A DNA stretch of 64,000 bases. It comes from Octopus sinensis (Eukaryota). Positions 40,526 through 52,807 of this stretch are shown here, one piece after another. The stretch covers positions 1,178,001-1,242,000 of the forward strand of contig NC_043010.1 in assembly GCF_006345805.1 (NCBI RefSeq), in the 5' to 3' direction. The position numbers and the translations under genes are program-made. How positions within the stretch are numbered: the stretch's first letter is position 1; the number at the start of each line of letters is the position of its first letter. The notes beneath the pieces are model-generated. The model did no database searches and was not told the origin of the DNA. It worked only from the letters and a program-made list of their open reading frames with translations.

Positions 40526-40574
40526 TTATTGCTATTGTTATTGTTCAGGTCACTGCTTATACAATAATAATAAC

Positions 40575-40614
<40 letters not shown>

Positions 40615-40637
40615 CAATAATTATAATAATAATGATG

Positions 40638-40706
<69 letters not shown>

Positions 40707-40897
40707 TCGAAAAATACCTCAGGAATGAGAACCCAGGTTTGAAATTTCCCCAAGACACCTGATGATGGCTGGAGGGTATATCAGCCGAAACGTTGTGTTA
40801 ACAACAAACAAGATGAGGACAAATATCCGTTGAATGTAAATAATGTAAATAATGAAAATAATGTACATAATTCCTCATCTCTTAAATATAGAACTGT
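40526..40897 (+). mobile_element. Hammerhead-bearing non-autonomous element, copy 1 (inverted head remnant, (AAT)n, body, HHR, 3' hairpin)
   Basis: Body near-identical to 43979-44156. HHR at 40754-40799. Confidence 0.8.
40754..40799 (+). ncRNA. Minimal type I hammerhead ribozyme
   Basis: GACAC CUGAUGA U GGCUG-10nt-CAGCC GAAA CG UU^ GUGUU. Stem I gacac/gtgtt, stem II ggctg/cagcc, palindromic stem III ACGU. Confidence 0.85.
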
Positions 40898-41370
40898 ACT
40901 CTTTGACAAGTGTTGATATCTTGGCATCTGAAGCAGCTGGAGTTATGATAATTTGACCAAGAGAACTGGCAATTGAAAGCAAAAATAAATATTGAAGAGA
41001 ACACATTTGGTCAAATTTGGACATACGACATTTTAACAAAATAGCAACGATATGTATATCTTATGTGTGTGTATGTCTCTATTTGTCACCTATGACTACG
41101 TAACAACAGGTGCCAGTTCAAATATGCAAATGTGTGTATGTATACATTTTTTCCTTACCAAATAAAATGGCTGCATGGTAAGCCATTCATTAAGCTAGCA
41201 AACACAACGTTAATTGCAATTGTTGTGATGGTTGTGGCCATGGTAGTGGTTATATTAGGGGCTGCTAGTTGTGATGATACTTGGGATTGTGGTTGTGTTG
41301 TTGTTGTTGTTGTTGTTGTTGATGTCATTGCTGTTTAATTCCAGGTCAACCATAACTGAACATAGATATG

Positions 41371-41777
41371 AGCAGACGTGGCTGTGTGATAAGAAGCTTG
41401 CTTCCTAACAACATGGTCCTGGGTTCAGTCCCAGGATGTGGCACCTTGGGCAAATGCATTCTACTATAGCTTCAGGCTGACTAAAGCCTTGCGAGTGGAT
41501 TTGGCAAACAGAAAATGGATGAAGCCCATCGTATATGTGTGTGTGTGTGTGAGTGTGTGTATGTTTGTGTCTGTGCTTGTTCTTCAACACTGCTTGACAA
41601 CTGGTGTTGATGTGTTTATCTCCCTGTAACTTAGCAGTTCAGCAAATGAATCCGATAAAATAAGTATGAGGCTTAAGTACTGAGGTCGATTCATTTGACT
41701 AAAAATTTTTCAATGCGGTGCCCCAGCATGGCCACAGTCTAATGACTGAAACAAGTAAAAGATAAAAGATAAAAGAT
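41371..41777 (+). mobile_element. SINE family A copy
   Basis: Collinear with 34711-35112. Confidence 0.85.
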
Positions 41778-42445
41778 GAGCGTTATTAAAAGCACGCTGG
41801 ATATGATATAATCATTTTCAAGACAGAGTGTGACCTGAGGTGAATTTGGCTGCTATTTCTAGTAGAGTAGTGGTGGTGATAATACGGTGGTGATGGGTGG
41901 TGCTGGTGATGTTGGCGCTGGTGTTCGTGGTGGTGGTGGTGGTGGTGGTGGTGGTGGTGGTAGTAGCAGTCCCGTGGCTTCTGTCGTGGTGGAGAAAGAA
42001 GTGAATGAGATGCAGATGTTACTTGCTTTTTCTGTCCTACTCTCACCACCACAACCACAATCACCACCACCACTACCTCCACTCATATGTGGTTGTTGCC
42101 CACTCCCCCACTCACTTCACTCCCACCCTCTTTCTCCCTCATTACAGCTAATTTATAGCACCCGTGTGTACTGTAAATTATTGACATCTTAAAGATAGTT
42201 TTACAACCATGTTGTTTATCACTTTCACAAGTATATATATATGTGTGTGTGTGTGCGTGTGTGTACATGTATGAGTAAATGCGTGTGTGTGTGTGTGTAT
42301 GCGTATGTCAGTGCATGTATATGTGTTTGCATGCACTTATGTACATACACATACATATATGCCTGTATATATGTGTGTATATATGTGTATATGTATAAAA
42401 AGATGAAATAGATAATACAGATTTTTTGGCATTTAATTTACATTG

Positions 42446-42500
<55 letters not shown>

Positions 42501-42703
42501 CACACACACACACACACATGTATGTGTGTATATATATATATATTTATATATAACATCATTACATCATCATTTCATCATTTAGTGGCCTTGCTGGTAAGAA
42601 TTGGAAGGTGTGTATGCATATATATATATATATAAATAGACTTAGCAGTTGTAGTAACCGACTCAAAGATAAAATATCCATATATTCTATCAGTATCCGT
42701 TAC

Positions 42704-42789
42704 CTGTGTTATTCCCGGGCAATGCTGTGCAGGGACACCATATATGTTGAGCATAGTTAACGATAGGATAAACAGAAATTTACCATTTT
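42704..42789 (-). CDS. Candidate coding exon (phase 1 to phase 0)
   Basis: Strong donor CAG|gtaacg but weak acceptor. One open frame: NGKFLFILSLTMLNIYGVPAQHCPGITQ. Confidence 0.3.
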
Positions 42790-42821
42790 CTAATTATTTG
42801 TATTTATATATAGTGAAAGTG

Positions 42822-43120
42822 CATGGCTCATTGGTTAGAGCATTGTGAGGTTGTGAGTTTGATTCTTGGACCAGGCAGCATGTTGTGTTCTTCAGCAAGA
42901 CAATTTATTGGATGTTGCTTCAGTTTACTCAGCCGTAGAAATGAGTTGTGATGTCACTGGTGCCAAGCTGTATTGGTTTTTGCCTTACTCTTGCATAACA
43001 TTGGTGGCATGGAGAGGAGAGGGGAGGCGACTGGTGGTCTTCCATAAAAACAACCCAACGTTATGTGTACTTATTACACTCTTGGAGACTGGAAGGGCAT
43101 CTAGCCATAGAGACCATGCT
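42822..43120 (+). mobile_element. tRNA-derived SINE family D (minus-strand copies at about 13160-13445 and 30255-30555)
   Basis: Same head and central domain as family C but a different tail (ggtgccaagctgtat...ggtcttccataaaaacaacc). Confidence 0.75.
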
Positions 43121-43129
43121 TGATCAGTA

Positions 43130-43605
43130 TGATCTTCACACATTGGGCCTCACAGAGGCAATGACTAGTGACTGAGACCTTTGGCAATATGCAGTGCTTG
43201 AGAACACCTGTCAAACCAAGTGAAATCATAGCTGTGGCCAATACTGGTGTCACATAATTAGCACCTATTCCAGTGACATGTAATATGCACCTTCCAAGTG
43301 CTGGGCCTCATGGCAGCAATGACAAATGACCAAGACCTTTGGCAATATGCTCTGCTTGAGAAGAAGCCAAGTGAAATTGTAGTCTTGGCAGGTATTGGTG
43401 TCATGTAAACTGACACCTATGCTGGTGGCACATAAAAGCAACTATTACACACTCGGAGTAGTTGGCATTAAGAAGGGCATCAGCTGTAGAAATCATGCCA
43501 AATCAGGCTAGGATCTGGTGCAACCCCTCAGCTTACCAGTCCTGATCAAACCATCAAATCCACACCAGCATAGACAACAGACTCTAAATGATGACGATGA
43601 TGATG
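43130..43605 (+). mobile_element. RTE ORF end and 3'UTR with an internal tandem duplication of the ORF-end module
   Basis: The module gggcctca...gcaatgac...gacctttggcaatatgc...tgcttgagaa...ccaagtgaaat occurs twice, followed by UTR and GAT tail. Confidence 0.75.
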
Positions 43606-43771
43606 TGTGTATATGTGTGTGTGTGTGCATGGGGGGTGTTTGTGTGTGTGTGTGTGGGTGCGGGGGTTGTGTGTGTGTGGGGGGTGTATGCATGCATATA
43701 TATACTTGACTCCATCTGTCACGAATGACCATGGGTGCACCTAAGAGGTTCCACTCCAGAGTACAAGTCTG

Positions 43772-43899
43772 TTGTTATTATTATTATTATTATTATTATA
43801 TTATTATTATTATTATTATTCAGGTCACTGCCTGAATTGAACTTGGAATCTACTAATCCCAAGATTCCGAGTTCAATTCCAGGCAGTGACCATAATAAA

Positions 43900-43939
<40 letters not shown>

Positions 43940-44156
43940 TAATAATAATAATAATAACAATAATAATAATAATAATAGTAACACTGAAAAATACCTTAGG
44001 AATGAGAACCCAAGTTCGAAATTTTCCCAAGACACCTGATGATGGCTGGAGGGTATATCAGCCGAAACGTTGTGTTAACAACAAACAAGATGAGGACAAA
44101 TATTCGTCAAATGTAAATAATGTAAATAATTCCTCATCTCTTAAATATAGAACTGT
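43772..44156 (+). mobile_element. Hammerhead-bearing non-autonomous element, copy 2 (inverted (TTA)n plus head, head, (AAT)n, body, HHR)
   Basis: Fold-back head 43823-43891 with B-box GAGTTCAATTCC at 43869-43880. HHR at 44031-44076. Confidence 0.8.
44031..44076 (+). ncRNA. Minimal type I hammerhead ribozyme (identical to 40754-40799)
   Basis: Same sequence, intact core, predicted cleavage after 44071. Confidence 0.85.
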
Positions 44157-44230
44157 AAAATTCTCATTGGTAATCTTCAAGTTTGTTGGGATGCATTTAT
44201 TTTTTTCTTGTCGAACATTTCATAAAGCTA

Positions 44231-44628
44231 TAGGTGCAAGTGTGGTTGTGTGGTAAGAAGCTTGCTTCCCAACCACAGAGTTCTAGGTTCATTCCCACCA
44301 TGCGGCACCTCGGACAAGTGTTTTCTTCTATAGCCACAGGCCAACCAAAGCCTTGTGAGTAGATCTGGTAAATCAAAACTGAAAGAAAGCTGTTGTAAAT
44401 ATTTATATGTACTTGTGTGCCTGTCTTTGTGTTTATCACGTCCTACTGTTTGATAACTGGTGTTTGTGTGTTTACATTCCCCATAATTTAGCAGTTTGAC
44501 AAAAGGGACCAATAGTACCAGGCTTAAAAGAAAACAAAAATGTAATTTGGTCAATTTGACAAGAAAGTCTTCTAGGTGGTGCTGCAGAATGGCCGCAGTC
44601 TAACAACTGAAACATGTAAAGGATAAAA
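44231..44628 (+). mobile_element. SINE family A copy
   Basis: Collinear with 34711-35112. Confidence 0.85.
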
Positions 44629-45568
44629 AAAACAGGTCTCCAAGCAAGTTAACCTTTTTCCCATGTCATTTGGACATGAAGAGCACAATGGCCAAACCAG
44701 TTGCCACGGGAGATTGCAAAGGACCAATTGAAATACGGTGACATTTATTTACAGTTAGTACACAGTATCAAGACAAGGAGACATGAAAACACACATATAC
44801 ATAAATACACACACACACTTATCTACACACACACGCGCACACACACACACACACTTGCACACACACACATACCTGTACCTGTAATATAATCTTTTATTCA
44901 TGTACTCTTTTCACATGTTTCAGCCCAAAGGCTGTGGCCATGCTGGAGTGCCACTAATATTATCATACACACACACATACACAAACACACACACACACAC
45001 ATACACACACACACACGTTTGCATGTTTACTTTCTGTATTACGTATTTGTTTTATTTCTCATTTGTTCCCTTTCTATTGTGTTTGGTCCCTTGTTTGTTG
45101 GTTTGCCATTTCCTGGCAACTTCTTGCTGTCGGTGCCATCAAGGGGGGAGTGATATTATTGCTGAAGACACGAAATTGAATTTGACCCTCTGGCCGAGAA
45201 TTAATGATGATTTGGCGACATTCTGGACCTGTTTTCGGTTCGTTTGTGCATTTATTCAATGTTCATTCGTTCAGAAGAGGGCATAAACTCTTGATTGTTA
45301 ACGGTCATCAGGATTTTATTGTACCAGAATAAGCATAAAAGACTAATTAATAATGAAATATGAGAAAACTTTAATGAAAAACTAACTGATTTGAAATATG
45401 GTTGTATCTTCGATTTACTGTGTTTGAAAGAAAATCTGTTCCCTTAAATATAAATATATTTGCATATTTATATGCGTGTGTGAGAGTGAGTGGATAGTCG
45501 AGTGCACATATCTATATATATACATATGTATATGAATATTTATATACATATGTATGTGTTTTTATATA

Positions 45569-45601
<33 letters not shown>

Positions 45602-45658
45602 GTATGTATGTATGTATATGTATGTATATATGTATGTATATGTATATATATATGTATA

Positions 45659-45707
<49 letters not shown>

Positions 45708-46200
45708 ATGTATGTATATATGTATGTATATGTCTATATATATGTATATATATATATATGCATGTATATGTATGTATGTATATATATATATGTATATATA
45801 TGTATATATATATGTATATATGTATGTATGTATATGTATATATATGTATATATACATATATATATCATCATCATCATCATCATCAACGGACGCTAAACGA
45901 TGATGATGATGATAATGATGATATATATATATGTATGTAAACACACACACATGCTCATAAATTCAAACACATTAGTGATTAGCATGCATGTATATGTTTA
46001 TGTGTGCATGTGAATGTGTGTGTGTGTGTATAGATATAAATACTGAAATGCATTTATGCCTACAAACACACACACATACACATACACACATATATTTAAT
46101 CACAGACAGATATACACAAAATATATGTACGCAAATACACACATTATATATATATATATATTTGCATGTATGTATATGTAAATAACACATATGCCCACAA

Positions 46201-46660
46201 CAAAAATAACATTTGAATCAATTTGCAACATTTTAAGATCCACGTAATTTTTCTCCACCTTCTGCATTTTCGTCATTCTACCAAATTTATTTACAAATTT
46301 GTATATTTGTTTGCTAAAATATATGGGCTTATTTTCATTTATTCCATTATATATTATTGTTTGGTGATGGAGTATATATTTAAAACAACGACTCTGGTGT
46401 AAGCTTTCTGTATCTCTCACTCTCTCTCTTTCTCAATATACATATATATATATATGTATGTATGTATGTATGTGTGTGTAGTTGCTTGTTTTAAATTTAT
46501 ACTCCATCACCAAAGTATAATATATAACAACAGAATAAATAAAGGAATGAAAATATAAATAAATTTGGAAATAAGTTTGGTCAGAACAGGAAAAACGTGG
46601 AAGGAGGGAAAAATTATGTGAATCTTAAAATGTTGCAAATTGATTCAAAAATATTTTTTG
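46201..46660. mobile_element. MITE/fold-back element with about 180-bp imperfect terminal inverted repeats
   Basis: 46201-46392 aligns with the reverse complement of 46481-46660 (tttgaatcaatttgcaacattttaagat...tttggtgatggagtata.atttaaaacaa). The spacer contains microsatellite. Confidence 0.75.
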
Positions 46661-47428
46661 CTATTCTCTCTCGCATGAGTGTAATTGTATGTGTAGTGTG
46701 TGTGTGTGCCTGTATGTGCACATGAGTGTGTTTGTGTATGTGTATACATACATAAAATAATATATATATAAATATTTAATTCAATGGGTATGTATATACA
46801 TACGTAACTATTTATATACAAACAAATATAGACAAATATACACATAAATATATGTGTGTGTGTGTATATATATATACACATATATATAATATGCATATAC
46901 ATATATACACATATATAGAAAATTAATTATACAGTTCATATATACATACATATATATATATTTATGTATATATGTATATATATATATTTGTGTATATATG
47001 TATATATTATATATATATATATATACATATATATATACATACATATATGTATGTCTGTATATAGAGCTATATATGTAATATATTGTGGCAGCTGTTGTAG
47101 CAATTTTTCTTTCATTTCATGAAATTTTATTATTTATCAGGCTATTAAATAAATTGTTTCTTTTAGAACTTTCAAACAGAGGCAAAACGTTTTCAATGTA
47201 GCAATTGCCTTTGTGTGTATAACTACATGAATATACATACACGTATGGATACAGACACACTTGTACACACACAAATCATTATCACACATACATGCATACA
47301 TACACACACACATACACTTGCACAAACACATGTACACGTGCAAACACACTTCCATATACATTCACACAGAGATATATGCCCATATGCATGTGTGTGTGTA
47401 TGTATATATACATATATATATATACATA

Positions 47429-47514
<86 letters not shown>

Positions 47515-47750
47515 AATCCAAACAGGAAACAAAAAAACAACAACATATATTATATATATATATATATATATAATATATATATATTTACATTTGTATACAT
47601 AGATGTATAGATGTATGTTTCTTTGTGTATGTATGTGTAATTCCATTTCTATTTGTAAGTATGTAATGAAATGAACACACATTTCTGCATTAATATACAC
47701 AAACGCATGCACACAACTACACAAATATACTATACACACACAAACACATG

Positions 47751-47794
<44 letters not shown>

Positions 47795-48266
47795 TGTATG
47801 TATAAGTGCATGTCTAAGTGTGTGTGTATATATATATACATATATATATATATATACACACATACATACACACACACACATATACATGCGTTTATATCTA
47901 GTGTTACACAAGCATATTCACATGTGTTGTGGAAGTTGTATGAAATGAAAGGCGCTTACTCTAGCAGTAACACTTATTGCAAGAATTTTGATGATGTTTC
48001 TGACATTCATGTTGCTAGGGACTGGGAGATGCTTTTCTTCACTGTTGTTGTTGTTGTTGTTGTTGCTGTTGTTGTCATTTTAGTTTTGATCTTTGCCGTT
48101 GTTGTGGAAAACAATTTTCCAAAACTCAGATAAATGACAAATGCTGAAGTGCGACAATCTTGAAGTATTGTTGTGTGCACATGTAATATATAGAAAGCAA
48201 CATGGCTATAAAGATTCATACATACATACACATATGATTTTAAATGCACATACACGCACATGCACA

Positions 48267-48312
<46 letters not shown>

Positions 48313-48425
48313 ACACGTGCACACAGATATATGTTCAGATATATAAATATAAGATTATATATATACACACACACATATATATATGCCTATGTATACATGC
48401 ACCCATTCATGTATATGTATCTATC

Positions 48426-48457
<32 letters not shown>

Positions 48458-50174
48458 GTACACTTACACATACATATGACCATATATAAAATTATATAGT
48501 TATATATATACATACATATTCATATGTATACATACACATATATTTACATATATAATGTAATATATATATGCATGTGTGTGTACACACAATGTACAGACAC
48601 ATATATATATAAAGTTGAAGATGATGATTAATTCCATTGCTATGCAAAGGCTCATAGCGTATGTACTCCTTCATCTGAAGGATCATAGACAGGGAGAAAC
48701 TCTGAGCAATGACAGAGTGAGTCATCTGTGAATGGATGATTAAACTGTAGCATTTGTGTTGAATACTCTTCCTCCTGAAGGCATATGGCTCAGTGGTTAC
48801 AGCATCAGGCTCACAATCATGACATAGTGAGTTCAATTCCTGGACCAAATTGGGCATTGTGTTCTTGAGCAAACCATTTTATTTCACATTGATCTGAGGG
48901 CAGAAACTGAAACAAGTCTTTTGTATTCACACACTGACACCCACACCCACATATATATGCTAGAGGAATCGGCTAAGTTGATTGCATTGACCCCAATGCA
49001 CAACTGGTACTTATTTTAATGACCCCGAAAGGATGAAAGGCAAAGTCGACCTTGGTGGAATTTGAACTCAGAATGTAAAGGCATATGAAATACCGTTAAT
49101 CATTTTGCCCAGCCTACTGCCTCAGATTGCTTAAGATTTTGCATGCTTCATGCTGAAGAGGTCACAGATGTGTGACAAAAGATTTCCAGACAATAGACAG
49201 AGGAACAAAAATATGGCGTGTGTGCTTATTTGGAAAAACAGAAAAAAAGAACATCATAGTATATAACAATAACAGAACTAAAAACTGCTTTCTTGAATAT
49301 GCGCTGCTGAAAGTGAGATGCCTTTAATACAACAGTGCATCTTTTAAATCATTAAATGAAGTCAGTAAATAAAGAAATAAAATTAATGTTTTGGCCAGTG
49401 TACGCTAGTTCTACTGGATATGGGGTAAACGAGAAGGTAGTGGGAAATGTGGGGATTTGCTGTACTTGATAAGAGATGTACCAAGTTAAGTAAAATCCTT
49501 ATCTATCATACATACAGGCTTGTCCTCTCAGGTGCTGACACCACTTAATAAAGCCCCAGTGCTGCATTAATGCACCTATGCCAGTGCTGTTTGAGTGCAC
49601 ACCCATGCCAGTGGCACATAAAAGCACCCAGAATACTCTGCTAAGTGGTTGGCACCCAGTGGTTGGAAGAGCATCCAGTCATAGAAAGCTACCCTAAAGT
49701 CCAACCCTCTCCTCAAAGTGGTAGGGTTGTGTAAATGGGCAGTGTCAGCGCTATGCCTTTGGAAACTTTGGTTCCTGGTAGGGCCACCCAAGGCAGATTG
49801 GTCTGGCACTGAGCAGTATTAGGGACGCAGCCTGGCTAAATGGGCTCTGGTGAAAATTCCAAGAGGCATCCGATCGGCAACCTGCAGCTTCGAGGTCGTT
49901 CTGTCCCTGCGTCTGTGGAGACTCTGCAGCAAACAGGGTGTCCCGTCACTCGGGATATGCATGAGGGATGTTGGGGACCGCTTGTGAATTCAATATTCTC
50001 ACGAAACTTCTACGAATCCTACCACTACCATGGCAAAACCATATGGTTTGTGATGTCGTCAGGACCAGAGAAGAAGTTGGCTCAACCCACCCTGGGTGAA
50101 TGCCATCACAAGTATAAGTAAGTCATAGAAACCATCTCACAACAGACAGTTGGAGTCTGGACAACTCCCTGCTA

Positions 50175-50592
50175 GAACCAATTCTACTATATGGCTCAGA
50201 AATCTGGATGTTATCAAAGAAGCTTGAGAGGCAGTTGGATGGAATCTACACTCGCTTCCTTATGAGAGCTCAAAATCTCTCGTGGAAGTGTCATCCAGCC
50301 AAAATGCAAATATATGGGAAACTACCACCTGTGTCATCTCTTGTGAAAGGTAGGAGAGTCCAGTTTGCTGGACATTGTTGTAGAGCTGAAAACGAGGCAA
50401 TTTCTACTCTTCTCCTCTGGAAGCCATCTACTCGCAATACCAGAGGGCGCACACTCTCCTACCCTGATGTAATCTCCAGGGATACAGGCATCCAGCAACA
50501 GGACCTCCATAATGCCATGATGGACCGTGAAGTCTGGCGTAGTGTGGTAAATTCCATTGTCTCGACCACGGTCGAACAATGATGATGATGAT
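50175..50592 (+). mobile_element. RTE-clade LINE C-terminal fragment (different family) with (GAT)n tail
   Basis: EPILLYGSEIWMLSKKLERQLDGIYTRFLMRAQNLSWK...RRVQFAGHCCR...DVISRDTG...MMDREVWRSVV, stop, then (GAT)n. Confidence 0.9.
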
Positions 50593-51180
50593 GCTAGGCA
50601 GCTCCCTGTCAGACCATCCAACCCATGCCAGCATGGAGAGCGGACATTGAACGTTGATGAAACAGCTGGCAAAAGAGAAATAAGAATACTACAAAGAAGC
50701 TGTTTCAGTAACATCGGGAAAAGGAGATGGAAGGAGGAAGATGCTGGGAAAAGATGAGATTGGCTGATGATTGAGTCTTGTCAGAATGATAAATCTTCAT
50801 GTTACCAAGCGGACACACTGCTGTTTACACGATACTAAAATATGACGTACATCTTCAAGGAAACTAAGATACAGATGTCTAAATGAAATACTAACAGATG
50901 TACATTTCACTGTTTACAAATATATAGTGTGTCCGTGCGTGCGCGTGTGTGTGTGTGTGCGTGTGTGTGGATATTCACACAGACACACACATACATACAC
51001 ATGTTTGCTGTAAGGTAGTTGTTCTGCCTTGTCAGTCAATAGATAAGTACTTTGTCTATGTCTAAGAGTTGTTTTGACTCTTGTTTCTAGCAACGCTGGT
51101 GCTGATTTGTGCCCTTAGTCACTGCTATGACGAGTGTGCTTGTGCCTTTTGTTTTTTAAATTATGAATAGACACCTTAAA

Positions 51181-51246
<66 letters not shown>

Positions 51247-51251
<5 letters not shown>

Positions 51252-51448
51252 CATAACAAAAACACCAGGACTTACAAACACATATAACATACAGAAAATT
51301 GCACTACTGGGCACTGCACACATCCTACGCAGAACACTTTCCATACAATAACCATCAGAGCATCACAACAAATCACAGCACATACCCAAGGCACACAGAG
51401 CTGTGCTCGGTAGTGAAGTGAAATCACGCTATAAAAATAAAACTACTG
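51247..51448 (+). mobile_element. 5'-truncated R4/Dong-like non-LTR retrotransposon (end of REL domain plus 3'UTR) inside (AAT)n
   Basis: YITKTPGLTNTYNIQKIALLGTAHILRRTLSIQ* matches the QKxxLLGTAxILRxxL C-terminus of R4-clade elements. Flanked by (AAT)n at 51181-51246 and 51449-51492. Confidence 0.8.
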
Positions 51449-51659
51449 AATAATAATAATAATAATAATGATAATAATAATAATAATAATAATATATATA
51501 TATATATATAATATATATAAGTGAAGCAGTCAACAACTTTGACATGCTCACATACAAAAACAGACCAAGAGGAGTGCTCCAAGGAGCTAACAAAGGACTG
51601 AATCTTTGTCTTGATCCAAGAGCCTCTAAGGCCAAGGGGTTTCCTCACTCATTGATAGG

Positions 51660-52085
51660 AGAGCATTCTTTGAGACATCCAGAGACTCAGCAAGTATAAC
51701 CGCATCATCAACCAAATTTCTGTTTGCAATCCTGTTTCACCACTTATCTCTACCTAGATTCATAGTGCCATTAACTGCAAGTCTGAAGTCCTCAAAAGAC
51801 TGGGATGAGCTGCTGCAGTGGTGGCTGTTGAAATCTGAGCAGGAGGACGAATGTTCGAGTCTTTGAGTCACTGGTCCTAATTTTACTGATCTGTTGCTGT
51901 GAAACTTGGACACTCTCTTGGGCCCTTAGGAGCCTCCTGAACTCCTTTGGTATGAAGGTACTTGGCAAGGTTATGGGTTACCCTCAGCTGGATTGCATAT
52001 CCAACAAACGACCCTACTCAGAAACTGAGATGCATCCTGTTGCTTGAATGATTTGGGATCACCAGATCAGACTGTTTTGTCATGT
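51660..52085 (+). mobile_element. Degenerate RTE-clade C-terminal region (third family)
   Basis: By-eye translation VLILLICCCETWTLSWALRSLLNSFGMKVLGKVMGY...ISNKRPYSETEMHPVA*MIWDHQIRLFCHV matches the RTE LLYGxETWTL...RLFGHV pattern. Confidence 0.7.
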
Positions 52086-52807
52086 TTACTTAATTTTCCA
52101 AGTTTGACCCCTACTTAACATGTTCCCTTCACTGAGGATCCAGCTGGGTTGATCGCTCATGTTGCTTAACCACATATCACATGGATGCAGTAGATGATGA
52201 GTTATCTTGTGGTGATGGGTACTAAATGGACTGGGTGATGTGTTGTGCTCTTGAGCAAAACACTTCACTTCACGTTGCTCCAGTCGTCTCAGCTGGCAAA
52301 AGTGAGTGACCATGTGATGGACTGGCATCCTGTCCAGGTGGGGAGACTATAAGCCATGAATCCAAGAAACCAGCCCTTATGAGTTGGTATGTCTTGAGAA
52401 AGTAACTTTAACTTTATGTGGCTTAGTGGTGAGTGTGCTGGAATCATGTTTGTAAGATGGTAGTTTTGATTTCTGGCATGGCCAATGCATGGTGTCCTTG
52501 AGTAAAGCACTTGGCTCCAGTCCACTCAATTGGCAAAGATGAATCACCCTGTGATGAACTGGCATTCCATCCAGCTGAGGAATCTATACACCAAGGAAAA
52601 TGGGAAAGCAGCCCTTATGAGTCGCTATGACTCAAGAAGGTAACTTTAGCTTTATTTTACCAAGGAGCATGCTGACCAATGTTGGATGTAGCAATTTATT
52701 TCCTTATTTTCCACAGGAGGCTAAACATACAGGGAACAAACAATGACAGACAAAGCAATTAAGTCGATCACGTCGACCCCAGTGCCTAACTGGTACTTAT
52801 TTAAAAA

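Noticed and set aside
45250-45320. Further hammerhead (cagaagagggcataaactc...tcatcag)
   Set aside because: Core fragments occur on both strands, but no GAAA-stem III-NUH lies in register.
49821-49990. HDV-like ribozyme in the putative RTE 5' segment
   Set aside because: A P1-like pairing exists (ggacgca 49823-49829 with tgcgtct 49908-49914), but P3/L3, P1.1 and J4/2 could not be fitted.
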